Origin: Vicugna vicugna
Taxonomy: Eukaryota
Assembly (NCBI GenBank): GCA_013265495.1
Contig: MU058052.1
Span: 75,706 to 137,873, forward strand
Direction: 5' to 3'
DNA: 62,168 bases
Position 1 is the stretch's first letter; each line of letters begins with the position of its first letter. Of the stretch, positions 60,100 through 62,168 are shown in pieces. The notes below the pieces were generated by a model. That model saw nothing but the letters and a program-made list of their open reading frames with translations. It was not told the DNA's origin and did not search any database. A program made the position numbers and the translations under genes.

Positions 60100-61600
60100 T
60101 TATAGGAGAAAGTGATGAGTTACCTTGCTCTAAGTGGATTTGATTAGCAGGTAGGGGATACTTGTGTTCTACAGGAGTGAAGGGAGTGGGGGTTAAACAG
60201 GAAGCTTCAAGTGATGATTGGAGCACAGACAATGATCAGGAAAAGGGTGCTGGAGGTGCTGAGGTTGGAGCCCGTAAATCTGCAATAGCTATAAAACACG
60301 CAACTATGCAATTGTTTTTGTCCTAACCATGGGATTCCTGAACACCGGTTGTGGGACTGACCCATGGTGGGATGTTGTTCGGTATATGTAGCAAGATTCA
60401 AAGAATGAAAGGAGTTGACAGTTTGGTAAGAGAATGATTTAGATAATCAGCCATGAAGTCTAAATCTGGGGAGGCAGATGGAATCAGGGCACAGTCAATG
60501 AGGAGGAAATGGAGGCCATCAAGGAAGGGAGAGATGCATTTGGACATTGTTGGAGTGAAGTGAAGCACAAATGAGGTGGTGGCATATGAGCTCCTGATCA
60601 GAAAATGATGTTGGAATTTAAGAACTGGGAGGTTTTTTTATACTGGACAGTATAGGTGGTGGTTAAGTCCAATGCATGATCATCAGTGTGAGGAGTGAAA
60701 GAAAGGAATGGTCCCCTTTGCAAGAGAGAAATAAAAATGTGAGGTTAGAGTGTCTGCTGGGCTGTTGAGATCTCAAATTTGCCCTGTCAGAGTCTGTCGT
60801 CAGGAGACGGGCAGCATCTCTGGTGAACGTGGCAGATGGACCAGGAGGTTCAGCCACTGGGTGATAGCAATGAGCAGGTGGAGCTAGGAGGTATGACATT
60901 CAAAAGGAAGAGCAGTTTTTGTACCAGGAGAAGGAATGAATTGGAAATAGCATTGGACAGCAGGGAGTCTTCAACCTAATCGCTACACGCATAGGAGAAC
61001 AGGTGCCTGGATTAGCGAGGGCTGCAGAGTGCAGTGTCATGGGTGGGGAGGCAAGAAAGTAGAAGCAGCATTTAGGGAAGTGATGAGGGTTTCCGAGAGT
61101 TTACTGTCGGATGGGGGCCTGCGTGCAAAGGGAGACATGGAAGAGGAGAGGGATCGGGAGGGAGGGGAAGAGGTAGAATTGAGGGGCGTGGGGAGGATCA
61201 GAGCACAGAGTAGTGACCAGGGAGGCCGAGAACGATGATGGCTGACGCTGGTGGGGAGCTCGCTGCTGTGTGCTGAGCCCTGTGCTTGCCTGTGCACCTG
61301 GGGATTTGCCTGCTCCCTCGTTCCCCTAATACTTGCTGATTCCCTCTGATTAACCAAGTATCATGCCAGATGCTGCAGGTGGAAAGCAGATGCAGTCTCA
61401 GTCTTAGAGTGCTTACGTCTGGTGAGGAAGGAAGACCCAGTTCCAGATGACATGTGATGTGTGCTACGGGAGGACAGCATGCTTGGAGAACACAGGCCAG
61501 GTGGAAGGCATGGAGGAATGACCTGTCTGCAAGGATGCAAATGCTTGGATCCACCTGTGGAGCTTTGGCAAGGGTGTCTAGGGTGGTGGCCTTTGGGCTG
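60100..61600 (-). mobile_element. Degenerate L2-like purine-rich sequence
   Basis: Strong G/A bias on + with antisense L2-like motifs ('atgcagtctcagtcttagagtgcttacgtctggtgaggaag'). Boundaries are approximate. Confidence 0.45.
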
Positions 61601-62168
61601 AGGCCCACAAACATCAGAACCACGGGGTTTACGTTTGGAGAATCTGAACCGCGGGTTCTGTCTTCATGGCACTAGGTCGGGCAAGCAGTGAAACCCACCT
61701 TTATTCAGTTTCTCAGTGGTCAGCAGGGGCAGGAAAGATTTAATCCCTGAACCGTGTGATGGGATGAGCGCTGTCCTTAACTTGGCGCCTTCACAAGATT
61801 TTCAGGTATTGTTTTCGTCATCCGATTTCATGTACAAATGATTCACACTTGATTTTCTGTGTGGAACTTAGGAAGAAGAGGTGCATTAGGGAGAAGCAGA
61901 GGAGGAGTGAGAAACCCACCCTGAGTGTTTTCACAAGGGCGCCCAGTGAAGTAAGATGAGGGCCCCACCCTGGGGAAAGGGTGAGCCCTCTGGAGGGGGC
62001 GATGGGTGAGCTCAAGTGCTTTACCTGTCGACCCTGAGGAGAGTCCCACAACCCCGCTTTCAGGGGGCTCAGCACAAGAGTTGCGACCAAAGTCTACGCA
62101 CATGGTCATTAACCACCCAGTCCTCATCGCCAGAGGACGTCGCCCCCCCCACCGACCTGACCCAACTT

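Noticed and set aside
1..62168. A novel multi-gene system, CRISPR array or prokaryote-style operon
   Set aside because: This is repeat-rich mammalian intronic DNA. I found no regularly spaced repeat-spacer array and no unexplained long ORFs; every convincing coding signal is PTPN20 or transposon-derived.
59000..62168. PTPN20 WPD-loop / catalytic HCSAG exon
   Set aside because: I found no WPDHG- or VHCSAG-encoding sequence, so it is presumably downstream of the window; absence here is not evidence of gene loss.

Overview
Mammalian genomic DNA, very probably camelid (alpaca/llama/camel). The evidence is a Vic-1-type tRNA-derived SINE and several young L1 copies of one family. It is a draft assembly with four N gaps. 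The only protein-coding gene I can support is the 5' three-quarters of PTPN20 (non-receptor protein tyrosine phosphatase 20) on the + strand. Seven coding exons (17173-17206, 26433-26554, 31134-31234, 33764-33873, 42697-42845, 45220-45310, 58660-58994) all have AG/GT boundaries and join in phase into a 942-nt, 314-codon open frame. That frame runs from MSSPEDATAES to the N-terminal part of the PTP domain; I found no WPD-loop or HC(X)5R exon in the window. Most of the rest is transposon-derived: a near-full-length inactivated L1 at 1-6028, truncated young L1 3' ends, old L1M/L2/MIR fragments, an MLT1B MaLR provirus, an MLT2/ERV-L provirus and Tigger/MER3 DNA transposons. I see no evidence of a novel biological system. 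The most interesting signals are structural: a ~2.1-kb inverted-and-displaced block reconstructable from split repeats (6572-9328), a ~1-kb antisense retrocopy of an unidentified mRNA 3' end with TSDs (47157-48201), probable L1 3' transductions, a twin-primed L1, and a 24-nt duplication plus tandem donors in a PTPN20 exon. Repeat subfamily names and human-protein comparisons are from memory, not from a search.
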